Below, one piece after another: positions 10,790 through 20,847 of a stretch of 64,000 bases of DNA; within the stretch, counting starts at the first letter, position 1, and each line of letters begins with the position of its first letter. Below the pieces are notes generated by a model. That model searched no databases, was not told the origin of the DNA, and was given only the letters and a program-made list of their open reading frames with translations. The stretch comes from an uncultured candidate division Zixibacteria bacterium (GTDB taxonomy: Bacteria; Zixibacteria; MSB-5A5; UBA10806; 4484-95). Where the stretch lies: contig CAXXKA010000006.1 of the NCBI GenBank assembly GCA_963668625.2, positions 512,001 to 576,000 of the forward strand, written 5' to 3'. A program made the position numbers and the translations under genes.

Positions 10790-12538
10790 GTGAATATGAA
10801 GAAAAAACTGGGTTTTAAGGTTTTAGGCCTGGTGGTTTTCTCGCTCCTCTTGGCGGTTAACTGTGCAGAAGAAGGAACCGCACCGGACGAGAATATTCCA
10901 CCTAATACCTTTATAACCAACTACCAGATCGAGATTGGCCCTGATTCGGCAACCGCTTATACGACTGATATCTATTGGAGCGGAAATGACGTTGACGGCG
11001 CTATTTTCTGGTATGAGTGGAGTGCAATTAATGCCACTGGAGATAGCTTGAAATGGTACATCGATACCGATGGTGTCATTGATACGGTAAATATCTCCGA
11101 ATGGCAGACAACCAATACCCTGAGCATGTCGATATTGCTTGATTTCCCGAATTTCGACACCAAGTACATCTTCAGGGTCAGGGCAATGGATAACGATCGA
11201 GAAGTCGATCCGACTCCTGCTGTCGATACGATTTCGATCGACAGAATTCGTGATTTTAACTACGCACCTAATACGGATATCGTAGAAGGCCCGAAAGTCG
11301 AATCGCAACCTAATATAACCACCTCCGGCATTCATTTCATTGTCAGGGGAATGGATATTGATGGTGCAGTCGAATTTATCGAGTATATGGTAGATACGCA
11401 AGCTGAATGGACACAGGAAAGCACTGATATCACAACCAGTACCCTGACATTCGATATCACCGACTTGACTGAAGGTCCTCATACGATATCATTCAGATCG
11501 GTTGACAATTTCGGAAAAGTCGATCCATCGCCATACACTGTCAGTGTTGTGGTTGATACGACTCTAAGACCTGATCTTACAATCGTATCCGGACCTATTC
11601 CGAATGCATACTATTACCTGCCTGCCGGTGGGACTTCATTGGACCTTGCAGCCGAATGGAGTGGATCGGCCGCCTGGTATTTCAGCTCGGTACAATATCA
11701 GTATGCCGTAGATGATACCACAACCTGGTCTGATCTCATGGATGGATCCACGGCCACCTTAATGGGGCTTTCCGCTACGAGCCATGAATTCTATGTTAAA
11801 GCCATAGATCTGGCAGGGAATGCTTCAGTCTATAAAACCGATTTCGCGGTTGGTGCCTTTGTCGGCGATCAAGGCGTTCTGGTTATGAATGGCATACATC
11901 AGGGCGCTTATGGGGCCGAATTCGATGATTTCTGGAATGGAGTCGATTTTGAATTCGATTTCGATTTCTGGGATGCTTTTGGCGGCCAGGATTATTCGAG
12001 TATACCTACGCTAGATGATGCTTATATCGGTAATGGGATATTAGATGGTTCGACACTGTCGCATTACAGCTCGTTCGTGATGATCATGAATGGCTATAAC
12101 GGCGACCTTGAAGTCTACCAGGCTATGTTTCCGCTTATCATGTCGTACTTGAATGCCGGTGGTAACGTTTACCTCGGAACTCGTTACGCCACTAGTAATA
12201 TTTATGGTGATCTTGAAACTTACGCTCACATCGATAGTTGGGATCAAGAAGGGGTTATCCTTGACCCGGGTATTGTGGCGGCTGTTGAGGGATTGATAAA
12301 TATCGATGGCGCCGACCTAGCGGGATCTGATCTACCTGCTATTCCAACCGATCCTGAAGTGACTGTAATTTTCACTCACCCATCTTATCCCAATGCCGCT
12401 GCCGGGATATATGTTGAACCGAGTGCAACTGGTAAATTCGCTTTTATTTCCGGCAGGCCTTATCGTTACAATCAGGCGGCTTATGGGGATAATGTGAATT
12501 ATATAGTCGATAACTACTTTGGCGAAGGTGCCGAATAA
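10790..12538 (+). CDS. Acidic lipoprotein with Ig/FN3-like repeats and a C-terminal alpha/beta domain
   Basis: Signal ending LLAVN-C; repeated P(N)T.I..W.G.D.DG and FRVRA.D..G.VDP(T/S)P modules; YLNAGGNVYL motif. Confidence 0.75.
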   Translation: MNMKKKLGFKVLGLVVFSLLLAVNCAEEGTAPDENIPPNTFITNYQIEIGPDSATAYTTDIYWSGNDVDGAIFWYEWSAINATGDSLKWYIDTDGVIDTVNISEWQTTNTLSMSILLDFPNFDTKYIFRVRAMDNDREVDPTPAVDTISIDRIRDFNYAPNTDIVEGPKVESQPNITTSGIHFIVRGMDIDGAVEFIEYMVDTQAEWTQESTDITTSTLTFDITDLTEGPHTISFRSVDNFGKVDPSPYTVSVVVDTTLRPDLTIVSGPIPNAYYYLPAGGTSLDLAAEWSGSAAWYFSSVQYQYAVDDTTTWSDLMDGSTATLMGLSATSHEFYVKAIDLAGNASVYKTDFAVGAFVGDQGVLVMNGIHQGAYGAEFDDFWNGVDFEFDFDFWDAFGGQDYSSIPTLDDAYIGNGILDGSTLSHYSSFVMIMNGYNGDLEVYQAMFPLIMSYLNAGGNVYLGTRYATSNIYGDLETYAHIDSWDQEGVILDPGIVAAVEGLINIDGADLAGSDLPAIPTDPEVTVIFTHPSYPNAAAGIYVEPSATGKFAFISGRPYRYNQAAYGDNVNYIVDNYFGEGAE

Positions 12539-12566
12539 CCATTAACCGGATGAAAGGAGTAAAGAA

Positions 12567-14123
12567 ATGAAGAAATTACTAGCCTTGCTTACTGCCGGTT
12601 TGATGGTTATGATCATCATAGCCGGTTGTACCGAAGATCCGTGGGAACCTGAACCATCAAGGCCTTTGGATTTGTTTATCGTGTCCGCGCCAGGTGACTC
12701 TACTGACGTGCCAGCCTATTCGACCGTGAATTTTACATGGGCGGCTAATGGCGGCAGCGGTGATATTGAATATCGGTGGTCTTTGGTACTTGCAGATAGT
12801 GCTGCGGATTACAACGATTACAATGACTTTACCAGCGCTATGTATGATAGTGTTGGTGACGTTGATACAACGAACTATGAATTTTCGGTGATGGCACGGG
12901 ATGAAGATGGAAATACCGATACCGAAACAACGACCTTTATGGTTAGCCCTTATTCGGCGCCACCTGCGGATGTCGATACGCCTACAGTCGAAATTACCAT
13001 GAGTCCCGCGGCAGGGGCTTATGTCGCTGTTGGCTCTAATATCTCATTCGCCTGGGAAGGTGATGATGGCAATAGCAACGATGATCAGTTGCTTTATCAA
13101 TACGCCTTCCCGACAGCTGCAGATACTATTAATACCTGGGTACAGTCCACAGCGGTATCATTCAGTAATGTTGCTGCAATTGTTAATGCCGGATTCTATA
13201 TTAGGGTAAAAGACCAAGCTGGTAATATGTCTGGTTGGGTTTCTGTTTTGTTCGTTATCCAGAACGCTAATATCCTGTACATAGACGATTATCAGTTCCA
13301 TGATGATTGGGGTGATGTTGACAATGTCAAGGAGCGCGATCAGAAACAATTCTATCGTGATGCTCTTGAGGGGTATGCTTTTGCCGAGTGGGATAACGAT
13401 GTTCAGGGAACTCCTACCATTGGCGACTTAGCAGGTTTCGATGTCGTAATATGGTGTGCAGACTCAGAAATCGGTTCCGCTGATCCCAGCTACCGCTTAT
13501 GGTTTGATGTTGGTGTTTTAGGTGGAGGTGTACTTAAAGACTTCATGGATGGTGGCGGTAAGCTGCTTATCACGGGGTCAGAGGTGCTAAACTACGTTAA
13601 TAACTCGGTTCCACCATCTGCCGGTGATTTTGAATCACAATATCTAGGTGTTGCCGATTATGACGCTACACCCAGCGAGATAGATACGACATGGTGGTTG
13701 GACGAAGAACAGTATGATACCTTGGTCGTGACTCCCGATTCGGTAATTGTCGATACTACATGGGAAGATCCCTGGGCAACTGAATGGACGTTTACCTGGG
13801 CTGTTAAACACCCGGATACGCCGTTTGATTTACCTGATTCGATGAAAATCGACGTCGCTAAACAAGCTGATCAGGATGATTATGCTACCGGTATATTCTA
13901 TTTCCGTGATGATGCCACTGTTACTACTGAACCTTTATACGCATGGGGTTTATGGGTAGATGGTTCAGCTCCGGATCCTCCTTACTATGGATCAACAGTG
14001 GGGCATATTACATATTGGAGTAGTAATGCTGTTTCAGCAATGCTTAACTTCGATACTTACTCTATGCCACCTACCGCTATTCGTCAGACATTCCAGACTA
14101 TTCTTACCGAATTCGGTGAATAA
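12567..14123 (+). CDS. Acidic lipoprotein, architecture parallel to the upstream lipoprotein
   Basis: Lipobox IIAG-C; Ig-like F.W.G..D / F.V.A.D..GN repeats; ILYIDD, FDVVIW and FMDGGGKLLITG motifs. Confidence 0.8.
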   Translation: MKKLLALLTAGLMVMIIIAGCTEDPWEPEPSRPLDLFIVSAPGDSTDVPAYSTVNFTWAANGGSGDIEYRWSLVLADSAADYNDYNDFTSAMYDSVGDVDTTNYEFSVMARDEDGNTDTETTTFMVSPYSAPPADVDTPTVEITMSPAAGAYVAVGSNISFAWEGDDGNSNDDQLLYQYAFPTAADTINTWVQSTAVSFSNVAAIVNAGFYIRVKDQAGNMSGWVSVLFVIQNANILYIDDYQFHDDWGDVDNVKERDQKQFYRDALEGYAFAEWDNDVQGTPTIGDLAGFDVVIWCADSEIGSADPSYRLWFDVGVLGGGVLKDFMDGGGKLLITGSEVLNYVNNSVPPSAGDFESQYLGVADYDATPSEIDTTWWLDEEQYDTLVVTPDSVIVDTTWEDPWATEWTFTWAVKHPDTPFDLPDSMKIDVAKQADQDDYATGIFYFRDDATVTTEPLYAWGLWVDGSAPDPPYYGSTVGHITYWSSNAVSAMLNFDTYSMPPTAIRQTFQTILTEFGE

Positions 14124-14144
14124 TCGATTCACTAGCTGAAAACA

Positions 14145-14176
14145 AAGCCCATCCGCATTATGTGGGTGGGCTTTTT
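14145..14176 (+). terminator. Intrinsic terminator ending the TonB receptor/PorV/lipoprotein operon
   Basis: AAAGCCCATCCGCAT-T-ATGTGGGTGGGCTTTTT hairpin followed by a U tract. Confidence 0.8.
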
Positions 14177-14188
14177 AAATGAGGTAAA

Positions 14189-15637
14189 ATGAATAAAATA
14201 ACTGCAGCACTTATTATAACGATATTAATCTCAAGCATGACATCAGCCCAAAACGCCATAAAGGATTTCATGAGCGATCCTCGACTGGAGGGAGCATCGT
14301 ATGGAGTGATGTTCAAGGATGTCAAAACTGATTCTATGATTTATGCTTATAATGAAAATAACAGATATACGACCGCCTCGAATTTAAAGCTTTTCACATC
14401 CGCCGCGGCAATCGAGTTATTAGGCTCGGATTTCAGATTTTACACTCGTTTTTATACGAACGGTAATATCGCTAAGGGAGGAGAACTGTCAGGTGACCTG
14501 ATAATAGTGGGTGGGGGAGACCCGCTTATCTCCGGCAGGTTCCGTGACTCGATTACCGAGGTACTAGAGCTATGGGCCGACAGCCTGAAAGACGCCGGTA
14601 TCAAGCTTATTAAAGGTAATATCGCTGTAGATAATAACTATTTCGAGACTGATGATCTGGGCCCCGGTTGGTCATTCGATTATCTGAGCTACTGGTATGC
14701 TTGCCCGATATCGTCGCTATCGTTCAACGATAATTGTGTGGATTTCCGGTCATACCCGGGGAAGAATATAGGCGATACCTGCCGATTCGAATTCAAACCC
14801 GAAAACGATTATCTCACCGTAATAAATAATACGACTACTTTACCCGCCGGCCTGACAAATACTCTGGATTACTACCGTCACCCCGAAACCAACACGGTTG
14901 AATTCACCGGCGGCGTGGATATTAATGACAAAAACGGTACGGTCGATTATGTCTCGGTGTATAGACCGCATCTTTACTGTGCGCATATATTCAACGATAT
15001 ACTAAAAAGCAAAGGAATCGCGGTTGATGGTGAGATCCTGAATATTGAAGCTGATGATAAGAATCAAGACTACCGGTATAATGATTTAACTGCGCTTTTC
15101 GAGTGGCAATCCGAACCGATGAGTATTATCGCTAAGGTCATCAATAAAAACAGCCAGAATTTTTTCGCCGAACAGACATTAAAAACCATAGGCGCTGAAT
15201 ATGCGGGCGAGGGATCATATGCTGTATCTACGAAAATAGTCAGCGATTGGCTGGTTTCCATCGGTATTCCCGAGGATGATGTATTTTACTACGATGGTTC
15301 CGGGCTTGCGCATATGAACCTGGCCACACCCTCTTCAATAGTAAATCTTATGGAACATATGTACCATTCCGGGAATTTCGATATATATTATGAGTCGATG
15401 GCGATACCCGGTGTCGATCGATCTGTTCGCGGCAGGATGGAGGGGCAACCACTGGCCGAGAAGATGCGCACGAAAACCGGCACGATCGCTAATACTCGCA
15501 CATTTTCGGGATATTTGACGACCTCGAGTAGCAGGTTAGTGGCATTTTCGATCCTGGTAAATAACTATGGATCGACTCGGGATGAAATAGATCACTGGAC
15601 AGACGCATTCTGTGGATATATAATAAGCACTTATTGA
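14189..15637 (+). CDS. dacB: D-Ala-D-Ala carboxypeptidase/endopeptidase (PBP4, peptidase S13)
   Basis: Signal peptide; SxxK (ASNLK), SxN (SQN) and KTG motifs; GGGDP, DGSGL. Confidence 0.93.
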   Translation: MNKITAALIITILISSMTSAQNAIKDFMSDPRLEGASYGVMFKDVKTDSMIYAYNENNRYTTASNLKLFTSAAAIELLGSDFRFYTRFYTNGNIAKGGELSGDLIIVGGGDPLISGRFRDSITEVLELWADSLKDAGIKLIKGNIAVDNNYFETDDLGPGWSFDYLSYWYACPISSLSFNDNCVDFRSYPGKNIGDTCRFEFKPENDYLTVINNTTTLPAGLTNTLDYYRHPETNTVEFTGGVDINDKNGTVDYVSVYRPHLYCAHIFNDILKSKGIAVDGEILNIEADDKNQDYRYNDLTALFEWQSEPMSIIAKVINKNSQNFFAEQTLKTIGAEYAGEGSYAVSTKIVSDWLVSIGIPEDDVFYYDGSGLAHMNLATPSSIVNLMEHMYHSGNFDIYYESMAIPGVDRSVRGRMEGQPLAEKMRTKTGTIANTRTFSGYLTTSSSRLVAFSILVNNYGSTRDEIDHWTDAFCGYIISTY

Positions 15638-15638
15638 A

Positions 15639-16910
15639 ATGGATTATTTCGTAAGAAAAAATGGCAGGCTTCACTGCGAATCGGTTCCGCTGGCAAAGCT
15701 GGCGTCTAAATACGGCACGCCGCTTTATGTCTACAGCTTGCGGACATTCGTCCGTCATTTCAAAATTGCTTCCCGGGCTTTTGGCAAAATACCTCATGCT
15801 ATATTTTACTCGGCCAAGGCAAATTCAAATCTATCAATACTTTCTGCAATCGCCAGGCTTGATGGCGGGTGTGATGTTGTCTCGATAGGCGAATATCTTT
15901 CGGCTCGCAAAGCGGGTATCAAGCGGATAATATTCTCCGGCGCGGGCAAGCAAGAGCATGAGATAGAGGAGACGCTTGGCAAAGGGCTCGAGTTCTATGG
16001 CGTGGAATCGGAAAACGAGCTGAACTTGATCGAGAAAGTAGCTAAAAAAATCGGTAAAACCGCCCCAATATCATTAAGGGTAAATCCGGATGTTGATCCC
16101 AAGACTCATAAACATATCGCGACAGGTTTGAAAACCGAGAAATTCGGTATAGATTATAAAAAGATACTGGCTATCTATAAAAGATGCGCCAAGTCTGACA
16201 ATCTCAAGCCGGTGGCTATCTCTATGCATCTGGGATCTCAGATTCAAACTACCAAACCGTTTGTCGAGGGATTTAAGGTATTAAAAGATATCTATTTAAG
16301 ATTACTGGAACAAAGTATCATTTTAAAGCATATTGACTTAGGAGGGGGATGGGCAGCCCCGTTCGATAGATATCAGAAGCTACCCGGACCCTCCGACTAT
16401 ATCAAGGCGTTAATCCCATATATGAAAGGGTTGGATGTCGAGTTTATAGTCGAGCCAGGCAGATCTCTTGTTGGCAATGCCGGTGTGCTTTTAAGCAGAA
16501 TAGTATATATAAAGGATGGTTTCGGTAAGAAATTCGTCATTATCGATGCCGGTATGAACGATTTGATCAGGCCTGCCCTTTATAGCGCATATCATAGGGT
16601 AGAGCCTGTAATAGAGAGACCGGGGCAGTCGTTTAAGGCGGATGTTGTCGGGCCGATATGTGAAAGCTCCGATACTTTCGCCCGCAAGATAAAGCTTAGT
16701 GGGCTTAAAGAGGGGGATTTACTTTGCATGTTCACCACCGGGGCCTATGGACATTCTATGTCCTCGACTTACAACAGCAGACCCCGTTCGGCGGAGGTGC
16801 TAGTTAAAGGCAGCAAGGATTATCTAATACGTGAAAGAGAGAGTTATTCCGATCTATGGAAGAAACAAAAATTAATAGACTTGAAGAATATAAATCGCGT
16901 GAAAATATAG
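15639..16910 (+). CDS. lysA: Diaminopimelate decarboxylase
   Basis: YGTPLYVY, YSAKAN (PLP Lys), HLGSQ, DLGGG, EPGR, GPICES, GAYG..SSTYNSRP. Confidence 0.95.
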   Translation: MDYFVRKNGRLHCESVPLAKLASKYGTPLYVYSLRTFVRHFKIASRAFGKIPHAIFYSAKANSNLSILSAIARLDGGCDVVSIGEYLSARKAGIKRIIFSGAGKQEHEIEETLGKGLEFYGVESENELNLIEKVAKKIGKTAPISLRVNPDVDPKTHKHIATGLKTEKFGIDYKKILAIYKRCAKSDNLKPVAISMHLGSQIQTTKPFVEGFKVLKDIYLRLLEQSIILKHIDLGGGWAAPFDRYQKLPGPSDYIKALIPYMKGLDVEFIVEPGRSLVGNAGVLLSRIVYIKDGFGKKFVIIDAGMNDLIRPALYSAYHRVEPVIERPGQSFKADVVGPICESSDTFARKIKLSGLKEGDLLCMFTTGAYGHSMSSTYNSRPRSAEVLVKGSKDYLIRERESYSDLWKKQKLIDLKNINRVKI

Positions 16911-18019
16911 CTACCTCAAGGCCATCATACCTGGAAATCGACCTGGGAGCGTTTCAGCGTAATTTTAACAGGATTAAAATGCTGGCCGGGAAGAATACCT
17001 CCATTATGGCGGTAGTCAAGGCTAATGCTTATGGTCATGGGTTGGTAGAGATAGCCCGAAGCGCGATTAAGATGGGCGCGAATCTTCTGGGTGTTGCCCT
17101 GGTAGAGGAGGCAGTCAAACTTCAGGAGGCGGGTGTACGAGCGCCTATCGTAGTGCTATATCCTGATATCCCCGAACGCGCCTCGAACCTGGTGCAGGCC
17201 GGTTTGGTCGCTACGGTCGATTCCGGAGAGTATTTGCAGGCTCTATCGAGACAATCGGTGGAACAGGGAAAACGAACCGAGGTGTTCGTAAAGATCGAAA
17301 CAGGCATGGGGCGTTTTGGCGTCACCGAGTCGGGATTGCAAGATTTGGTTGAGACGGCCAATAATTTGCCCGGTATTAAGGTAATCGGGCTTTCGACTAA
17401 TTTAGCAGATTCCTCCAACGGAGATACCTCATTTACCGATGGTCAGTTCGATCGATTCAAATTTTTAAGCGATTTATGCAATCTTAACGATATCAAGTAC
17501 TTAAGCATTGAAAACTCTAGCGGCTTGCTTTTCCATCACCATAACTATTATAATCTTGTCAGGGTTGGTTTACTGATGTATGGTTATTACCCGAAACAGG
17601 CGGCCGAGGCCGAATTCGAGCCGGTGATGAGCTTGAAAAGCAAAATCGTCCAGATACGTAATTGGCCTGCCGGTAAACCGATTGGTTACGGCGGTAAGTA
17701 TGTTCCCAGAGAGGATATACTTCTGGCAACCGTTGGTGTGGGCTATGCTGATGGTTATCCGTGGGCTTTGTCGAATGAAAGCCAGGTGCTGATCAGGGGA
17801 AGACGCGCGCCTGTCGTGGGCAGGGTTTGCATGGATGCTTTGATGATTGATGTTAGTAGTATATCCGGCGTAAGTAAAGGTGATGAGGTCGTGCTCCTGG
17901 GCAAATCTGGAGATGAGTTTATCGACGCCAATGAGCTGGGCGAGTTGGCCGGGTCGTTTTCATATGAAATAATAGCCGGTATGTCCGAAAGACTGCCGAG
18001 AGTGTACGTGGGAGGATAA
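16856..18019 (+). CDS. alr: Alanine racemase family protein (divergent active site)
   Basis: AVVKANAYGHG, ETGMGRFG, IGYG, GYADG, GRVCMD. Start overlaps the lysA 3' end. Confidence 0.85.
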   Translation: MEETKINRLEEYKSRENIATSRPSYLEIDLGAFQRNFNRIKMLAGKNTSIMAVVKANAYGHGLVEIARSAIKMGANLLGVALVEEAVKLQEAGVRAPIVVLYPDIPERASNLVQAGLVATVDSGEYLQALSRQSVEQGKRTEVFVKIETGMGRFGVTESGLQDLVETANNLPGIKVIGLSTNLADSSNGDTSFTDGQFDRFKFLSDLCNLNDIKYLSIENSSGLLFHHHNYYNLVRVGLLMYGYYPKQAAEAEFEPVMSLKSKIVQIRNWPAGKPIGYGGKYVPREDILLATVGVGYADGYPWALSNESQVLIRGRRAPVVGRVCMDALMIDVSSISGVSKGDEVVLLGKSGDEFIDANELGELAGSFSYEIIAGMSERLPRVYVGG

Positions 18020-18804
18020 TGTCTTACAGAGTTAATATCAATATAGCAAATATCAGGCTCGAGCCGAAATTCCGCTCCGAGCGGATCAGCCAGGCCCTGT
18101 TTAACGAGCCGGTGGAGATACTCGAAAAAGGTGAGGATTTCTCGAAAGTCAAATTGCCCGATCAGTACGAGGGATATATCAGGAATAGTTTTTTATCCTC
18201 GGATGATGTCCAGAAAGAGGGCGATTTCATGGTTTCGGCCACTATCGCCATAGGCTATATCGGGGCTGATGAACGCGCGCCCTCGGCTACTATGCTGCCT
18301 TTTACCTCGGTAGTTAAAGCCGCCCGTATGGCCAATAATTTCGTGGTGATAGAGACGCCACGTTATGGCGATATCTATATCATGCAGGATGATTTAATCC
18401 CGCTGACACATCGCCCGAAACTTACCCGCGAGGATACCCGGACGTTTCTGGAGAGCGCCAGACGGTTCATTGGCGTGCCTTATTTATGGGGCGGCAAGAG
18501 CTTTTTCGGTATAGACTGTTCGGGATTAACTCAGGTTAATTTCAAGTTTTTCGGAATTGATCTTCCACGGGATACCAAGGACCAACGTCATGTCGGCAGG
18601 GAGATCGAGCGTAAGGATATCCTACCGGGTGATCTTCTGTTTTTCGAACGTCATGTAGCAATTGCCATCAATGAGATGACCTTTATCCATTCCAGCAATA
18701 AAACCGGCGGGGTATATATCAACAGTTTAGACCCAGAGCAGGATAATTACCTGGAGCATCTGGATAAAGGGCTTCAAGCCGTAAGGCGGGTTATTGAGGA
18801 CTAA
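18019..18804 (+). CDS. SH3b-NlpC/P60 gamma-D-glutamyl-diamino acid endopeptidase (YkfC-like)
   Basis: SQALFNEPV SH3-like start, PYLWGG, DCSG (catalytic Cys), LPRD, GDLLFF..HVAI..FIHS. No signal peptide. Confidence 0.9.
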   Translation: MSYRVNINIANIRLEPKFRSERISQALFNEPVEILEKGEDFSKVKLPDQYEGYIRNSFLSSDDVQKEGDFMVSATIAIGYIGADERAPSATMLPFTSVVKAARMANNFVVIETPRYGDIYIMQDDLIPLTHRPKLTREDTRTFLESARRFIGVPYLWGGKSFFGIDCSGLTQVNFKFFGIDLPRDTKDQRHVGREIERKDILPGDLLFFERHVAIAINEMTFIHSSNKTGGVYINSLDPEQDNYLEHLDKGLQAVRRVIED

Positions 18805-19918
18805 AGCCATACTGGTACTCGCTGCGTTTATCATCTGCCTGATAATAGTGGTGATGATACGGCAGTCATGCGAGGGAACCATAAAGCTCCACCATCACGA
18901 CTTTTACGAACAAAAAGCTGATTGGAGCGGTTATACGCTCGAGAATATGCGGTTTGATGACCGTAAGGATTTGCTTGTCTCTGAGGTTCTAAAGCTACCA
19001 TCTCAGCTCCGATCCGGAGAACATCACACAGTTTATGAATTCTATGAGATATTGTTATCGTGGAACATGATGGTTGAGCCGGGTGGCGGTGTTTTCGTGG
19101 AATTATCAGTTAGTCCGGATAGCCTTAAGTGGTATGACTTTCACTATCAGGTATGGGGGGATATGAACCCCGATACGCTGGATTTGCCAGAGTTACCTGC
19201 GAGAATAGAAAATGTAGGCTACGTGGATGAGGATATAATACGCTTGAAGCAACCGATGAATTATTACAGGTATGCCTTATACATGTATCCTGGCGAGCCT
19301 GCCGGTAATATCAGTTTCCGTCGGGCGGTGGTTTGCTATACTAAAACCGAGGCGAGTATGAGGGAGTATCGTAAGTTCACCGGTGATTTCCCCGACATTC
19401 AGCCTGTCAAGCTTTCAGTACCGTATAAATCTCAGCAATGGCTGCCAGATTCTATCTCGGGTAGAACATGCAGCCCCACCAGCGTGACCATGGTGTTAAA
19501 CCATCATTTGCTGGACTACGACCACCTGGAGGTAAGCGATGAACTGTACGATCGCTACAATGATATTTACGGAAACTGGCTTTACAACGTACAGGGGGCT
19601 TACATGCTGGGTATGAAACGAACCTGGGTTGGCAGGCACAACTCGTTTAATGAGTTAGTGCCGGAAATCCTGGATGGCAAGCCGGTTGCTATAAGCATTG
19701 CCGTTAGAGGCGATCAGGCGCTAACCGGCGCTCCGTATGAGAAGACCAGCGGCCATTTGATAGTGGTACGTGGTTTTGATGAGGCGGGCAACGTGCTGGT
19801 TAACGATCCGGCGGCCTCTAATCAAGATGATGGAATAGTGACTTATGATATAAACGAGCTAACCGATGTCTGGGTCGGTCACGAGGGGGTGGCGTATCAT
19901 TTATGGCCAACAGAATGA
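18794..19918 (+). CDS. Peptidase C39-like protein with N-terminal membrane anchor/signal
   Basis: VPYKSQ..CSPTS (Gln/Cys), GHLIVVRGFD (His), VNDP (Asp). Confidence 0.85.
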   Translation: MRTKAILVLAAFIICLIIVVMIRQSCEGTIKLHHHDFYEQKADWSGYTLENMRFDDRKDLLVSEVLKLPSQLRSGEHHTVYEFYEILLSWNMMVEPGGGVFVELSVSPDSLKWYDFHYQVWGDMNPDTLDLPELPARIENVGYVDEDIIRLKQPMNYYRYALYMYPGEPAGNISFRRAVVCYTKTEASMREYRKFTGDFPDIQPVKLSVPYKSQQWLPDSISGRTCSPTSVTMVLNHHLLDYDHLEVSDELYDRYNDIYGNWLYNVQGAYMLGMKRTWVGRHNSFNELVPEILDGKPVAISIAVRGDQALTGAPYEKTSGHLIVVRGFDEAGNVLVNDPAASNQDDGIVTYDINELTDVWVGHEGVAYHLWPTE

Positions 19919-20847
19919 GAAAACCAAAAGCGCTCGAACCGGGCGATAAAATAGCTATAGTGGCTCCGGCATCCTCGGCGCCGAAAGATAAGCTGACACT
20001 GGGAGCTAACCGTCTACGGGAGGCCGGCTACGAGGTGTATATTCATCCGCAGTGCTACAAAAAACGCGGTTACCTGGCGGGCGAGGACAAAGTGCGGGCG
20101 GCGGCTCTGATGGAGGTGTTCACTGATGATCAATATAGCGCTGTTGTTTGTGCTCGAGGTGGTTTCGGTTGCCATCGACTGTTAAAGCATCTTGATCTGG
20201 ATCTGATAAGGAAACATCCCAAGGTATTCGTGGGCTACTCCGATATCACCGTACTACACGCGGCTTTTCAAAAAAATGGCTTCGTCACATTCCATGGCGC
20301 GATGCCCTCGATTGATATCTGCAGCAGAAATTATCATTATAACCTGGTCAATTTCATTAACGCGGTTAGTTTTAACGAACCAATAGGCCTGCTGGAAAAT
20401 CCTGATTCACTCGGTGCCATGAGAAAATATCACGATGGGCAAGCAGAGGGCGTGCTGGTTGGCGGTAATATCTCTCTTCTGGATAAGCTGATTGGCTCGA
20501 AGTATGTACCATCATTTAAAAATAAAATAGTGCTTTTGGAGGATACAGATGAGGAGCCATACCGCATTGACGGTTACCTCGGGCATCTTTTCCAGAATAC
20601 TGATATAGAGAGTGCGGCCGGTTTCGTTATTGGCGAGTGGGTGAAAGTTGGGATTACTCATCGCAACAAGGTAAGCCTGACACTTGCTCAGGTATTCGAT
20701 GACTATTTCAAAACGATGAAAGTGCCGATAATAACTAATGTGGCCTGCGGCCACGGAAAAAATGTCTTAACCATCCCGCTGGGTGTGAAGGCTCGTATTG
20801 ATGGTGATAAGAAACGTTTCGAGATAGTCGAGAAGGCGGTTAGCTAA
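19915..20847 (+). CDS. LD-carboxypeptidase (peptidase S66, LdcA-like)
   Basis: IVAPAS, CARGGFG, GYSDIT (Ser), GGN, LED..E (Glu), GHG (His). ATGA overlap with the upstream gene. Confidence 0.92.
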   Translation: MRKPKALEPGDKIAIVAPASSAPKDKLTLGANRLREAGYEVYIHPQCYKKRGYLAGEDKVRAAALMEVFTDDQYSAVVCARGGFGCHRLLKHLDLDLIRKHPKVFVGYSDITVLHAAFQKNGFVTFHGAMPSIDICSRNYHYNLVNFINAVSFNEPIGLLENPDSLGAMRKYHDGQAEGVLVGGNISLLDKLIGSKYVPSFKNKIVLLEDTDEEPYRIDGYLGHLFQNTDIESAAGFVIGEWVKVGITHRNKVSLTLAQVFDDYFKTMKVPIITNVACGHGKNVLTIPLGVKARIDGDKKRFEIVEKAVS

